64,000 nucleotides of DNA from Vicinamibacterales bacterium (GCA_965216615.1 CBDCGH010000013.1:6307-70306), one strand, 5' to 3'; positions 19,535 to 29,526 are shown, counted from the first letter of the stretch. Program-made: numbers and translations. Notes: a model not told the origin generated them from the sequence alone.

Positions 19535-19985
19535 TGTCGGCCTGAATATCAAGATCGATACAGCCGCGGACGCTGTTTGCGGCGGGACAACTCGTGGGAT
19601 GTCGGTCGACGGCACGCTCTGCCTTTTCCCGCATGCCGCGCGGAATCGTCAGCGCGTAGCGCACACGAATGCGTGTGATCTTCAAGACCTTGTCGACGGC
19701 CTCGATGTCGCCCTCGACCGCGGCGCTGATCTTGTCTGGTGACGCCGGAATGTCGCGCACCTCCAGTGCGCGTGCGAGTGTGCCGAGCAGTCAAGCCCCG
19801 ACTGCAGCGACCATGTGGTCGAGTGTGGCTGGCACCTCCTCTTCAGGCTCAACCCCGTAGAAGGCTTTGATACCACCGTGCACGCCGAACCGGATCGGGG
19901 TGTCGAAGCCCTCCAAGAACGCTTGGCGAATCGGTCCCTTCACGCGTTCGATTCGTAACCGACTGGTGTGAACGACGTCTGACAC
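19521..19985 (-). CDS. OsmC-like selenoprotein
   Basis: ORFs 19791..20177 and 19521..19760 are in one frame: ...TLDHMVAAVGA-U(tga)-LLGTLARALEVRDIP...HPTSCPAANSV. GTG start at 19985 with AAGGAG RBS. Confidence 0.85.
19754..19772 (-). promoter_or_regulatory. Putative bacterial SECIS hairpin of the OsmC-like gene
   Basis: CGCGCAC-TGGAG-GTGCGCG, a perfect 7-bp stem beginning 18 nt after the UGA. Confidence 0.7.
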
Positions 19986-20049
19986 GATTGGCTCCTTCCA
20001 AATGAGAAACGACAGACAGGCCCGCGCTCGGATGCTACAATTTCTGCCC

Positions 20050-20604
20050 ATGCTCCAGTCAAGCAAAGCATTGTGGGTCGCGGGGGCGTTCTGGCTGGCC
20101 GGCGTCAGCCTGACGGGCGGATGGGCCCTGGGCGCGGAGCCGCAACAGACCGAAGCTGGACCGCCAGGGGTCGTCAACTACACGCGGGTCGACGCCACCG
20201 TGGCCTGCGCGGGCGCCACGCCGCCGAGCGCCATGGTCGACTTGAAGGCCAGGGGTTTCGTGTCGGTCATCAATTTCCGCACCGCTGGAGAACCGGGAGC
20301 CAACATCCCAGAAGGGCAGGCGGCTGCCGAAAGTGCCGGGCTCAAGTACTTCCACTTGCCCTTCAGCCGGGCGACGCCGGAGGTCACCGAGGCGTTTCTC
20401 GACGCGGTGGCAAACCCGGCGAACCAACCCGTGCTCATCCACTGCGGATCGGCGAATCGTGTCGGCGCGATGTGGCTGATCAAGCGGGTGAAGGTCGACG
20501 GATGGTCGATCGAGGACGCGACGACCGAAGCCGAGGCCATCGGGCTTCGCTCGGTGGGCCTCAAGGCGTTCGCGCTTGAGTATGTCGGAGCCGACGAAAG
20601 ATGA
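20050..20604 (+). CDS. Exported DUF442/Blh-type phosphatase-like (Cx5R) sulfurtransferase-domain protein
   Basis: Signal peptide, GFVSVINFR, PVLIHCGSANR. Confidence 0.78.
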   Translation: MLQSSKALWVAGAFWLAGVSLTGGWALGAEPQQTEAGPPGVVNYTRVDATVACAGATPPSAMVDLKARGFVSVINFRTAGEPGANIPEGQAAAESAGLKYFHLPFSRATPEVTEAFLDAVANPANQPVLIHCGSANRVGAMWLIKRVKVDGWSIEDATTEAEAIGLRSVGLKAFALEYVGADER

Positions 20605-22095
20605 TCGGGCCTTCGGCAGCCAGACCGGCGACATGGCTGCGGACGAGTTCCGGCGCCACGCGCTCGAGCTCGCCGACTGGATCGCCGCGTACCTGAGCGC
20701 GGACGACCATCCGGTTCTCTCTCGCGTGAAACCCGGCGACATCCGTCGGGCACTGCCATCGAGCCCACCCGAACTGGGCTGCGCCTTCGACGAGATTGTC
20801 TCCGACTTCGAGCAGATTCTGCTGCCGGGTATCACCCACTGGAACCATCCTGGTTTCTTTGGGTACTTCGCCATTACCGGCAGCGCGCCAGGAGTGCTGG
20901 CGGAGTTTCTCACAGCCGCGCTCAACGTGCAGGCCATGCTATGGCGAACCTCTCCGGCCGCAACCGAACTCGAAGCGGTTGCGCTGAGCTGGCTTCGACA
21001 GCTTCTCGGGCTGCCCGAACGATTCGAGGGCGTCATCTACGACACGGCCTCCATCTCTAGCCTCCACGCGCTCGCGGCCGCCCGTCAGGTCGCGGTTCCC
21101 GACGTACGTGACCGAGGACTTGCCGGTCGGCCCGATGTACGTCCGCTTCGTATCTACGCCTCGGGGCAGGCTCATTCGTCGATCGACAAGGCCGCGATCG
21201 CACTCGGTCTCGGTCGCGACGCCGTCGAGCGAATTGAGACAGACGACGAATTCCGCCTTCGGCCCGGGCCCCTTCGGGACGCGATCGCCCGAGACCGACG
21301 GCAGGGACATCAGCCGATGGCGGTCGTCGCGACCGTGGGAACGACGTCGACGACGAGCATCGACCCCGTTCCGGAGATCGCGAGCATTTGCGCGAGCTCT
21401 GGTTACAGAAGCTCTGGTTACATGTGGACGCCGCGTACGCGGGAGCAGCGGCGATTGTCCCGGAAACGGCGCACGTGCTCGACGGGTGCGACCGCGCCGA
21501 CTCGATTGTCGTCAACCCGCACAAGTGGTTGTTCACGCCCTTTGACCTGAGTGCGTTCTACTGCGCTCGCATGAACGTCGTTCGCGACACGTTTTCGCTC
21601 ACGCCAGAATACTTGGCCACTCCCGAGCACGCCTCGGTCACGAACCTCATGGACACCGGAATACAGCTGGGGCGGCGGTTTCGCGCTCTCAAACTCTGGG
21701 CCGTCCTGCGGTACTACGGGGCGTCTGGTATCAGGTCCCGCCTGGCAGAACACCTTCGGCTGGCGCGCCGCTTCGCGGGCTGGATCGATGCCAGCGCAGA
21801 CTTTGAGCGTCTGGCACCGACACCGCTGAGCGTCGTCTGCTTTCGCGCCCGGTCACGGCCCGGGACGCCGGCAGCCGGCGAGAACGACCTCAACCGCCGA
21901 GTCCTGGAGGACGTCAATGCCTCCGGGGACGTCTTTCTGTCGCATACCCAACTCGGAGGCGCCTACGCACTCAGGCTCGCCATCGGCCATATTCGGACGA
22001 CCGAGGTTCACGTCGAGCGGGCGTGGGAGCTGCTTCAGCGCGCGGCCGAGAAGCATCGCCCGGGAACGTTAGCGAGCAATCCCCCGCCAGTGTGA
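20582..22095 (+). pseudogene. Group II PLP-dependent (aromatic amino acid) decarboxylase, frameshifted near 21395
   Basis: ITHWNHPGFFGYF, SPAATELE and AHSSIDKA in ORF 20576..21550; WLHVDAAYAG, NPHKW and RFRALKLW in ORF 21388..22095. The junction carries a duplicated agctctggttaca. Confidence 0.85.
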
Positions 22096-23529
22096 CGAGC
22101 GCCACACCTCGAAGCGGAGGAGCGCCAACACCGTCAGCACCTCCAATCGTCCGATCCACATGGCGAACGTCAGCACGACCTTGCTGACTGGATGCAGGTG
22201 CGCGTAGCTGGCCATCGGGCCGACCGTGGCCATTCCGGGTCCGATGTTGCCGAGGGTCGCGATCGCGGCGGTGAAGCCGGTCACGATATCCGCGCCGAAG
22301 CCGATGACCACGGCGGCGCACAGCGCGAACATGAGGATGTAGAAGAGAAAGAAGACCAGGACGTTGCGCATGATCTCCTCGGACACCACCTTACCGCGCA
22401 GCTTGACTGGTAACACACCGCGCGGATGAAGGGTGCGTCGCAGCTCCATCATTGTGGAGCGACCGACGAGCACGTGCCGCAGCACCTTGGGGCCGCCGGC
22501 CGCCGATCCCGCGCAGCCTCCGATGAACATCAGCGCCAACAGCACGACCTTCGCTTGATCGCTCCACGTCTCGAAATCGACGCTTGCGTACCCCGTCGTC
22601 GTCAGTATCGACAGGGTCTGAAAGGTCGCCGCCCGCACGGGCGCGCCTTCCGGATTCGAGATCCAGAGCAGCAGCGTGAGACAACTCACCGCCAGCACGA
22701 TGATCGTGACGTACGCCCGAAACTCATCGTCATCGAGGAGCCGGCGAGGCCGCCCGAGCAACACGCGATACTGCAAGGCAAAGTTGGCCCCGGCCAGGAA
22801 CATGAACACGCAGATGATCCATTCCACCGCGGCGCTTTGATAGCCCATGATCGACTGCGCATTGGGTGAGAACCCGCCGGCCGCGAGCGTCGTCATGGCG
22901 TGACACAACGCGTCGTACACGGGCATGCCGGCGACCGTCAGCAGGATCATCGCCGCCAGCGTCAATCCTGCGTAGAAACGCCAGAGGTAAGCCGCGGTCT
23001 CGCGAATGTGCGGCGTGAGCTTCTCGTCGGTCGGACCCGGTGCCTCGGCGAAGAACAGGGCGCTGACCCCGACGGCAATGCGAGGCAGGACGGCAACGAA
23101 CAGGGTGATGACCCCCATGCCGCCCAGCCACTGCGTCAGCGAGCGCCAGAACATGATGCCCCGGCCAAAGCGATCGAAGTCGCTGAAGATGGTGGCCCCG
23201 GTCGTGGTGAACCCGGACATTGATTCAAAGAAGGCGTCGACGGACCCGAGCCCCACCCACACGTACGGAATGGCACCGAGGATGGCGACGAGCAGCCAGG
23301 TACTCGAGACCACGGCCAACGCCTCGATGCGACGTAAGTCCTCGGCGGACTCCCGCGACGCGTTCACCATCACCTGCCCCGCGATCGCGGCCAGCAGCCC
23401 GCCCAGCATGAAGCCGCCGACGTCGTCTCGGTCACCGTAGTAGAGCGCTACCAAGACGGGCGCGAGGAACATCGCTCCGTAGAGCCGGAGGATGCGACCC
23501 ACCACCTGGCTCACAATGGACAGACGCAT
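22069..23529 (-). CDS. trkH: Trk potassium uptake membrane subunit
   Basis: FESMSGFTTTGA, QWLGGMG, GGCAGSAAGG, LGNIGPG, GRLE. Confidence 0.92.
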   Translation of the reverse strand: MRLSIVSQVVGRILRLYGAMFLAPVLVALYYGDRDDVGGFMLGGLLAAIAGQVMVNASRESAEDLRRIEALAVVSSTWLLVAILGAIPYVWVGLGSVDAFFESMSGFTTTGATIFSDFDRFGRGIMFWRSLTQWLGGMGVITLFVAVLPRIAVGVSALFFAEAPGPTDEKLTPHIRETAAYLWRFYAGLTLAAMILLTVAGMPVYDALCHAMTTLAAGGFSPNAQSIMGYQSAAVEWIICVFMFLAGANFALQYRVLLGRPRRLLDDDEFRAYVTIIVLAVSCLTLLLWISNPEGAPVRAATFQTLSILTTTGYASVDFETWSDQAKVVLLALMFIGGCAGSAAGGPKVLRHVLVGRSTMMELRRTLHPRGVLPVKLRGKVVSEEIMRNVLVFFLFYILMFALCAAVVIGFGADIVTGFTAAIATLGNIGPGMATVGPMASYAHLHPVSKVVLTFAMWIGRLEVLTVLALLRFEVWRSSHWRGIAR

Positions 23530-23545
23530 AGGGGATCTTGTGTCG

Positions 23546-24892
23546 CTAGCGGACCGTGGCGAACATGTCCTGCACCTGGCGAACGGCCGAATCCATGCAA
23601 CAGACGAGCAGGCGGTCTCCGCCGTACACGAGGTCCTCTCCGCGCGGAACCATCGCCTCGTGATCCCGGAGAATCGTGCCGACGATCGAGTCGCGCGGCA
23701 GACCAAGGGACTTGAGCGAGGTCGTCGGGTAGCTGTCTGGTACGACGAGCTCGACGACCTTGGCTCGACCCTCTTCGAGCACCGCGAGCAAGCTCGCGCG
23801 GCCACCGTCGATGCGGTGCACGACCGACATCACCGCCGCGCCCTGGGCGGATAACGCGACGTCGATGCCGACGCGCTCAAAAAGCGCCAGGTTCGAGGGC
23901 TTACTGACCCGGGTGACGACCTTGCGCACCCCGAGCTGCCGCCCAAGCAGCGACGCCAGCAGATTCCGCTCATCGTTATCGATGACCGACACCATGACAT
24001 CGCTTCGGCCGATCTCCTCGGACTCGAGCAGTTCGAGGTCGGTACCGTCGCCTTGTAGAATCAGCGCGTTCTTGAGCGTCGCCGCGAGCAGCTCACCGCG
24101 AGCACGGTCCCGCTCGATAACGCGAAGCTCGATACCCCCAGCCGCATCGAGCTGGTGGGCCAATCGGTATCCCACGTCACCGCCCCCGATGATCGTCACC
24201 AGCTGATTGGCGACCCGACCAGCATGCGGGAACACCTCTTCTCGCATCTGCGTCATCGCCTCCGACGTACCCATCAGCACGACCTTGTCGCCGGCCGCAA
24301 GCTCGGTCCCCCCTCGAGGAATCGAGACCGAGTCATCATGCTTGGCCGCGACGATCACCACGCCGTGCGGAAGATGGAGGGACGACAGTGGCCGACGAAC
24401 GAGTCGGGACGCGTCATCGAGACGAAACTCCAGCAGTTGGATCTGGCCGCCCGCGAAGACCCCGGCGTCGACGGCCCCGGGAGCCATGATGATGCGTTCG
24501 ATGGCCTCGGCGAGCTGGGCCTCTGGCCACACGACCTGCCCGATACCGAAATGCCGTCGCAGACTGTCGGCTCCGCCTCGTGGCGTAACGAAGTCCTGCC
24601 GACTGACGAAACAAATCGTCTCGCGCGTGCCGAGCTGACTGCCGACCGAGCACGCGACGATGTTGACTTCATCGAGTCGCGTCGCGGCAATCAAGACGTC
24701 GCAGCGGTCGGCACCGGCTTGGGCGAGAACCTCGGCACTGGTCCCGCTCCCGGCAACGAACTCAAGGTCGAGATCGGCCAGACGCTCGCCGCGCACGGGA
24801 TTGACGTCAATGACGAAGATCTCATGATCGTTCGCCAGCGTCTTGGCCAGCGAGTAGCCCACCTCGCCTGCGCCGACAATAATGATGCGCAT
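23546..24892 (-). CDS. trkA: Trk potassium uptake NAD-binding subunit
   Basis: Two RCK N/C pairs (GAGEVG, GGGDVG), 448 aa. Confidence 0.93.
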   Translation of the reverse strand: MRIIIVGAGEVGYSLAKTLANDHEIFVIDVNPVRGERLADLDLEFVAGSGTSAEVLAQAGADRCDVLIAATRLDEVNIVACSVGSQLGTRETICFVSRQDFVTPRGGADSLRRHFGIGQVVWPEAQLAEAIERIIMAPGAVDAGVFAGGQIQLLEFRLDDASRLVRRPLSSLHLPHGVVIVAAKHDDSVSIPRGGTELAAGDKVVLMGTSEAMTQMREEVFPHAGRVANQLVTIIGGGDVGYRLAHQLDAAGGIELRVIERDRARGELLAATLKNALILQGDGTDLELLESEEIGRSDVMVSVIDNDERNLLASLLGRQLGVRKVVTRVSKPSNLALFERVGIDVALSAQGAAVMSVVHRIDGGRASLLAVLEEGRAKVVELVVPDSYPTTSLKSLGLPRDSIVGTILRDHEAMVPRGEDLVYGGDRLLVCCMDSAVRQVQDMFATVR

Positions 24893-25110
24893 CCCGTTCT
24901 CGGGTTCGAAACTTCTCCGGGCCCGCTATTGTGGCACCCGGCTACCGTATCCGGCAACGGGGAATCTCGGTCCGGTCGCACGGAATCATTGTCGCCCCGT
25001 GCTGGATGGGATAACGTCGTCGCGCCGAACTGAAAACGCCGGTCCTGGCCCGCTCGGGTACGACGGACGAGCAAACCAGTCGGTTTCGAACGGAGGCAAG
25101 GAGACCAGCT

Positions 25111-25482
25111 GTGGTGATCTACGGTGTCGCGTTACTGTCGTTCTGCATGCTCACAGGCGTGTTCGTCGGGGACTTGATTGGTGAGGTGATGGGCGTTCAA
25201 GCCAACGTCGGCGGGGTGGGCATCGCCATGCTCCTGCTGCTCGTGCTGTCGAATCTCGACTCGCGTGAGCTCACGCTCAGCCCGGTCACGGAGAAGGGGA
25301 TCGGCTTCTGGAGCGCCATGTACATCCCGATCGTGGTGGCGATGGCCGCTCGGCAGAATGTACTCGCGGCACTGTCCGGCGGATGGATGGCGATCATTGC
25401 CGGGGTCGCCGCCGTGGCGGCGAGTTTCGCGCTCATCCCGGTGCTGGCGCACTTCGGTCAAGGGGGACCCGATGATTCTTGA
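25111..25482 (+). CDS. madL: Malonate transporter subunit MadL
   Basis: MVIYGVALL, ANVGGVGIAM, FWSAMYIPIVVAMAA. Confidence 0.9.
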   Translation: MVIYGVALLSFCMLTGVFVGDLIGEVMGVQANVGGVGIAMLLLLVLSNLDSRELTLSPVTEKGIGFWSAMYIPIVVAMAARQNVLAALSGGWMAIIAGVAAVAASFALIPVLAHFGQGGPDDS

Positions 25483-26236
25483 TTCGCTGGAGCGGGTGTT
25501 GGCCGCGAACGGGTTGATCACGGCGTTCGTCTTCGTCGGCGGGCTGGTCTGGGTGTCGTATGTGATTTCCGCGAAACTGACGCGCGGCCACGTCCACGGC
25601 TCCGCGATCGCGATTGCCCTTGGCCTCGTCTTGGCCTGGGTCGGCGGTCTGACGACCGGAGGAAGCCGGGGGTTCTCGGACATCCCGGTGTTCGCGGGCG
25701 TGGGAGTGATGGGCGGGGCGATGTTTCGCGACTTCGCGATCGTCGCCACGGCGTTCGGAGCCGACATCCGAGCCCTCAAGCGAGCGGGGTTCATCGGGGC
25801 GATCTCGATTGTCGTCGGTGTCGTGCTCTCGTTCTTGGTCGGCGCCGTCATCGCCGTTGCGTTCGGCTACACCGACCCCGTTGCGGTCACGACCATCGGT
25901 GCCGGAGCCGCGACCTACATCGTCGGGCCGGTGACCGGGACCGCGCTAGGAGCGGGAAGCGACGTGATTGCGCTCAGCGTCGCGGCCGGACTCACGAAGT
26001 CGGTCTTGGTCATGATCGGGACACCGTTCGTCGCGCCCCGAATCGGGCTCGACAACCCACATTCGGCGCTGATCTACGGCGGCCTGATGGGAACGACCAG
26101 CGGCGTCGCCGGCGGACTGGCCGCAACGGATCCCAAACTCGTGCCGTACGGAGCGATGACTGCGACGTTCTACACGGGTGTCGGTTGCCTACTCGCGCCC
26201 TCCGTGCTGTTCCTCGCGGTTCGGGCGCTTCTTTGA
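25472..26236 (+). CDS. madM: Malonate transporter subunit MadM
   Basis: HGSAIAI, RDFAIVATAF, GTTSGVAGGLAATD, YGAMTATFYTG. Confidence 0.9.
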   Translation: MILDSLERVLAANGLITAFVFVGGLVWVSYVISAKLTRGHVHGSAIAIALGLVLAWVGGLTTGGSRGFSDIPVFAGVGVMGGAMFRDFAIVATAFGADIRALKRAGFIGAISIVVGVVLSFLVGAVIAVAFGYTDPVAVTTIGAGAATYIVGPVTGTALGAGSDVIALSVAAGLTKSVLVMIGTPFVAPRIGLDNPHSALIYGGLMGTTSGVAGGLAATDPKLVPYGAMTATFYTGVGCLLAPSVLFLAVRALL

Positions 26237-26908
26237 GGGAGTCGACGCGGGGACGGTGAACGCTGGCGGCTCGGCCGAGACACGCCCATCGTCGAGCTCG
26301 ATCACGTGGTCGGCGATGCGCTGCACCTCGGCCGCCGCGTGCGACACGTAGACCATCGGGACCTGGAGCTCGTCGCGCACCTGCTGGATGTACGCCAGAA
26401 TCCGGTCGCGCCGCTTGACGTCAACTGCTCCGAGTGGCTCGTCGAGTAGGAGCACGGCGGGATCGGACATGAGCGCGCGCGCGATGGCGACCCGCTGCCG
26501 TTCCCCGCCCGACAGTCCGTCGACCCGCCGACCGAGCAACGGCTCGATCTCGAGCAGCCTGATGACGCTCTCCCGCGGCCCCGACGTCCCCCGAGCGGCG
26601 CCATACATCACGTTGCGCAGGACGGTCATGTGGGGAAACAACGCGACATCCTGCGGCACGTAGCCAACACGCCTCGACTGCGGTGGCAGATTGATGCCTC
26701 TGTTGTCGTCGAACAGCACGCGACCGGCGATCGCAATCTGCCCGTGTCCCGGATTTCGTAACCCGGCTATGGCGTCGAGAATCGTGGTCTTTCCGGCGCC
26801 CGAGGGACCGAACAGCGCGACGGATTCAGCGTCCAGCCGCTCGTGAATCTCGAGGGCAAACTCGCCCTGCCGGAGCGCGAAATCTAGGACGAAGGGTACG
26901 GCGGACAT
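26189..26908 (-). CDS. modC: Molybdate ABC transporter ATPase
   Basis: GPSGAGKT, LSGGERQR, LLLDEP, YVSH; operon with modAB. Confidence 0.88.
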   Translation of the reverse strand: MSAVPFVLDFALRQGEFALEIHERLDAESVALFGPSGAGKTTILDAIAGLRNPGHGQIAIAGRVLFDDNRGINLPPQSRRVGYVPQDVALFPHMTVLRNVMYGAARGTSGPRESVIRLLEIEPLLGRRVDGLSGGERQRVAIARALMSDPAVLLLDEPLGAVDVKRRDRILAYIQQVRDELQVPMVYVSHAAAEVQRIADHVIELDDGRVSAEPPAFTVPASTPSKKRPNREEQHGGRE

Positions 26909-26926
26909 GAAGAATCTTGCTCCCCG

Positions 26927-27580
26927 CTACTCCGCAGCCAACCGGTTCGACAGGAAGACCGCCAGAAAAGCAATGCCAGCGGCGGTCAGGAGCATAATCG
27001 TGGCCTCGGTATCACGGCCCGTCTGGGTAGAGGTAAAAATGGCGGTCGACAGTGTCCGGGTGCCTGGAAGCGAGCCGGCAATCATGATGGTGGCACCGAA
27101 CTCTCCGAGCGCGCGTGAAAACCCCAAGACGACGCCGGCGAGGACGCCCCTTGCGGCAAGCGGCAGACTGATCGTCAGAAACATCCGGAGGGAACCTGCG
27201 CCAAGCGTTGCCGCCATCCGCTCGTATCGACGATCGACGGCCTCGAATCCGGCACGTGCCGATCGGACCAGCAAGGGGAGCCCCATCACGGCCATCGCAA
27301 CGACGACCGCCCGCCACGTGAAGATCACGTCGATGCCGATCTGATTGAGTAGCTGGCCGCCCGGGCCGCGGCGCCCAAGGAGACGCAGGAGGATGAGTCC
27401 GGTCGCCACGGGAGGCAAGACCAGAGGCAGCGACACGAGCGTCTCAACCACGCTCCGGCCGGGGAACGCCCGGCGTGCCAGCAGCCAGGCTAAGCCGAGC
27501 CCAGGAACGAGCATCAGGGCGGTCGCCAGGCCGGCCATGGCGACGCTGAACAGCGTGACGTCGACCAAGTCAGCACTCAT
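26927..27580 (-). CDS. modB: Molybdate ABC transporter permease
   Basis: LPLVLPPVATG, FSRALGEFGAT. Confidence 0.92.
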   Translation of the reverse strand: MSADLVDVTLFSVAMAGLATALMLVPGLGLAWLLARRAFPGRSVVETLVSLPLVLPPVATGLILLRLLGRRGPGGQLLNQIGIDVIFTWRAVVVAMAVMGLPLLVRSARAGFEAVDRRYERMAATLGAGSLRMFLTISLPLAARGVLAGVVLGFSRALGEFGATIMIAGSLPGTRTLSTAIFTSTQTGRDTEATIMLLTAAGIAFLAVFLSNRLAAE

Positions 27581-28356
27581 GACTCGCCTCCGGAGGCGAC
27601 GATGAAGCCGAACGTTTCAAAGACTCGACGGGCGTCCGGTTCCTGCAGGAAAGCGAGAAACCGATGCGCCATCGGCGAGCGGCGGCGATTCCTGAGAACG
27701 GCGCCGGGGTATCGAATCGCCACGCGGGCTCTCGGCACGGCGAACGCCATCGTGGCGTCGTCGGCCAGCGCGAGATCCGTCCGATAGACGAACCCCGCAT
27801 CGACGTTCCCCGCCTCGACGGCTGCCAAGACGGCCCGAACGTTGCGCAGCGGCACGACCTTCGCTCTGACGCCGGCCCAAAGACCGGAAGATTGCAGGTA
27901 GCCCTTCGCATACACACCTGCCGGCACGGAATCCGGATCTCCGAGCGCAATGCGCCGTACGCGGGCGGTCGACAGACTGGCTGCCCCCGACACCGCCACC
28001 AGAGCGTCGGGCGGAACGACGACCACCAACTGGTTCGAGAACAGGTCAGTACGGGTGCCGACCTCGACGAGACCTGACGCGTCGACGCGCGCCATTTGCC
28101 GTTCATCGGCGCTCAAGAACACGTCGGCCTCGGCGCCGGCGATCAGTTGCGTCGCCAGCGTGTCAGAGCCGGCCAAGTTGAGATCCACCCGGGTCCCCGT
28201 GACCTGCTCGAAGTCGGCCGCGACGACCTCGAGCGGACCGGAGAGGCTCACTGCGGCTGACACCAGCAGGTGATTACCGGCCACGTTAGAGCGCGAGCCA
28301 GCGCAGCCCGCGACCAGCAACGCGCCCGCGACTGACGTAAGCAAACGGGTCATCAT
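27577..28356 (-). CDS. modA: Molybdate-binding lipoprotein
   Basis: Lipobox VAGC, SAAVSL, ADVFLSA, SVPAGVYA, GFVYRTD. Confidence 0.9.
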   Translation of the reverse strand: MMTRLLTSVAGALLVAGCAGSRSNVAGNHLLVSAAVSLSGPLEVVAADFEQVTGTRVDLNLAGSDTLATQLIAGAEADVFLSADERQMARVDASGLVEVGTRTDLFSNQLVVVVPPDALVAVSGAASLSTARVRRIALGDPDSVPAGVYAKGYLQSSGLWAGVRAKVVPLRNVRAVLAAVEAGNVDAGFVYRTDLALADDATMAFAVPRARVAIRYPGAVLRNRRRSPMAHRFLAFLQEPDARRVFETFGFIVASGGES

Positions 28357-28385
28357 AGGATTAATTTAGTATGTTTTAGATTAAC

Positions 28386-28415
28386 TTTACAAACGATTTA
28401 AGTCGATATTATCAT
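28386..28415 (+). promoter_or_regulatory. Sigma70-type promoter, probably giving a leaderless regulator mRNA
   Basis: TTTACA (28386-28391)-N18-TATCAT (28410-28415), 5 nt before the ATG at 28421, with no RBS, in a very AT-rich divergent spacer. Confidence 0.55.
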
Positions 28416-28420
28416 TACAC

Positions 28421-28852
28421 ATGTCGATCATGACAGTCCGGGAAGCCGCCGAGCGTCTCGGCGTCTCGTACTCCACGCTCAAGCAGTGGATTTACAAGGG
28501 CCGCGTGCGCACCATTCGGACCGAAGGTGGACATCATCGGATCCGCGAGTCCGAGGTCGATCGGCTGCTGGCCCGAACGGGAAGCGCACCGACTCGTCGC
28601 CTGCGACCACCAGCGGGTGCTCTCGTCGCACTCAGCGGGCGCAATCGGCTCACCGGAATCGTTGAGGAGGTACGCCGCGACGGACTCCTGGCTCAGGTCC
28701 GTATGAGAATCGGTGATCAGATGCTTACAGCCGTTATCACGCGCGATGCCGTCGACGAGCTGCGGCTCAGGCGGGGCGACGAGGCGACCGCGATCATCAA
28801 GGCAACCGAGGTGATGGTCGGACGGCAACCAGCGGGCGCTACGGCGCGGTGA
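28421..28852 (+). CDS. Excisionase-type HTH plus TOBE (Mop) molybdate-responsive regulator
   Basis: MTVREAAERLGVSYSTLKQWI...RTEGGHHRI, then SGRNRLTG...AVIT...AIIKATEV. Confidence 0.85.
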   Translation: MSIMTVREAAERLGVSYSTLKQWIYKGRVRTIRTEGGHHRIRESEVDRLLARTGSAPTRRLRPPAGALVALSGRNRLTGIVEEVRRDGLLAQVRMRIGDQMLTAVITRDAVDELRLRRGDEATAIIKATEVMVGRQPAGATAR

Positions 28853-29300
28853 ATGTGGCGGGCAGGATCGACTGGAGCTGCAGTCCCCAGTGCCCGTTCT
28901 GATTGGTTACGACATACAGGGCGGGAACGGTACGGTACGCCGCGCCGCCCGCCCGCCGGCGGCTGAAGACGATCTTGAAGTGAACCTTGTCGCGCGATAC
29001 CTGCGTTGCCTCGATGAGGTCGACCGTGGAGTGATCCCATCCCTCCGTCCGGCGCAGGAGCTCGAAATCGATCTCGATGTCTGTGGGCTGCTCGCGAACG
29101 ACGACCTGACCGTTTCCACCAATGCTGACCCGGGGGAAGTTACTCACTGCCACGACAGCCTCGTTGTCGGCCGCGTTCCAGGCTCGGAAGTACTCGTCCA
29201 GCGCCGCTCGGGCTTCCGCCGCGGCATCACTTTGCGCCGACAGCCCGGCCATCGAGCATGCGATTGTCAGCACCCCGGTCACGAACCTGATCCCACTCAT
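28839..29300 (-). CDS. Exported NTF2/SnoaL-like protein
   Basis: Signal peptide; 'ALDEYFRAWNAAD...FPRV...DKVHFKIVFSR...YVVTNQNGHWGL'. Confidence 0.6.
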   Translation of the reverse strand: MSGIRFVTGVLTIACSMAGLSAQSDAAAEARAALDEYFRAWNAADNEAVVAVSNFPRVSIGGNGQVVVREQPTDIEIDFELLRRTEGWDHSTVDLIEATQVSRDKVHFKIVFSRRRAGGAAYRTVPALYVVTNQNGHWGLQLQSILPATFTAP

Positions 29301-29405
29301 CGTGGAGCCCCCTCCCAACCCAAGGTCTTGCCGCCTCGTCATGGTCATGCGGAGGTGTGAGAATAGCAGAATCCGCCTGGTGGGCTCGCCATGGGACCCG
29401 CTCGT

Positions 29406-29435
29406 TTGACAGGGTCTCTCAGGCTGGGCTAGGGT
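29406..29435 (+). promoter_or_regulatory. his operon sigma70 promoter
   Basis: TTGACA (29406-29411)-N18-TAGGGT (29430-29435), 7 nt before the leader ATG. Confidence 0.6.
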
Positions 29436-29442
29436 ACGGTTT

Positions 29443-29526
29443 ATGCTATTCGGTCAGCGCGGCCATCATCACCATATCCCGAACATCTCGGGGCCAAAGG
29501 TGTGTGCGCCTGCGTCGGATGGCTGA
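29443..29526 (+). CDS. hisL: His-rich attenuator leader peptide
   Basis: MLFGQRGHHHHIPNISGPKVCAPASDG* (cat cat cac cat), upstream of hisI. Confidence 0.8.
   Translation: MLFGQRGHHHHIPNISGPKVCAPASDG

Noticed and set aside
24893-25110. c-di-AMP or other riboswitch upstream of trkA
   Set aside because: No recognisable conserved aptamer segments by eye; an Rfam/Infernal scan would settle it.
28421-28600. Prophage excisionase or integrated element
   Set aside because: The Xis-like HTH is fused to a TOBE domain beside modABC; no integrase or att site was seen.
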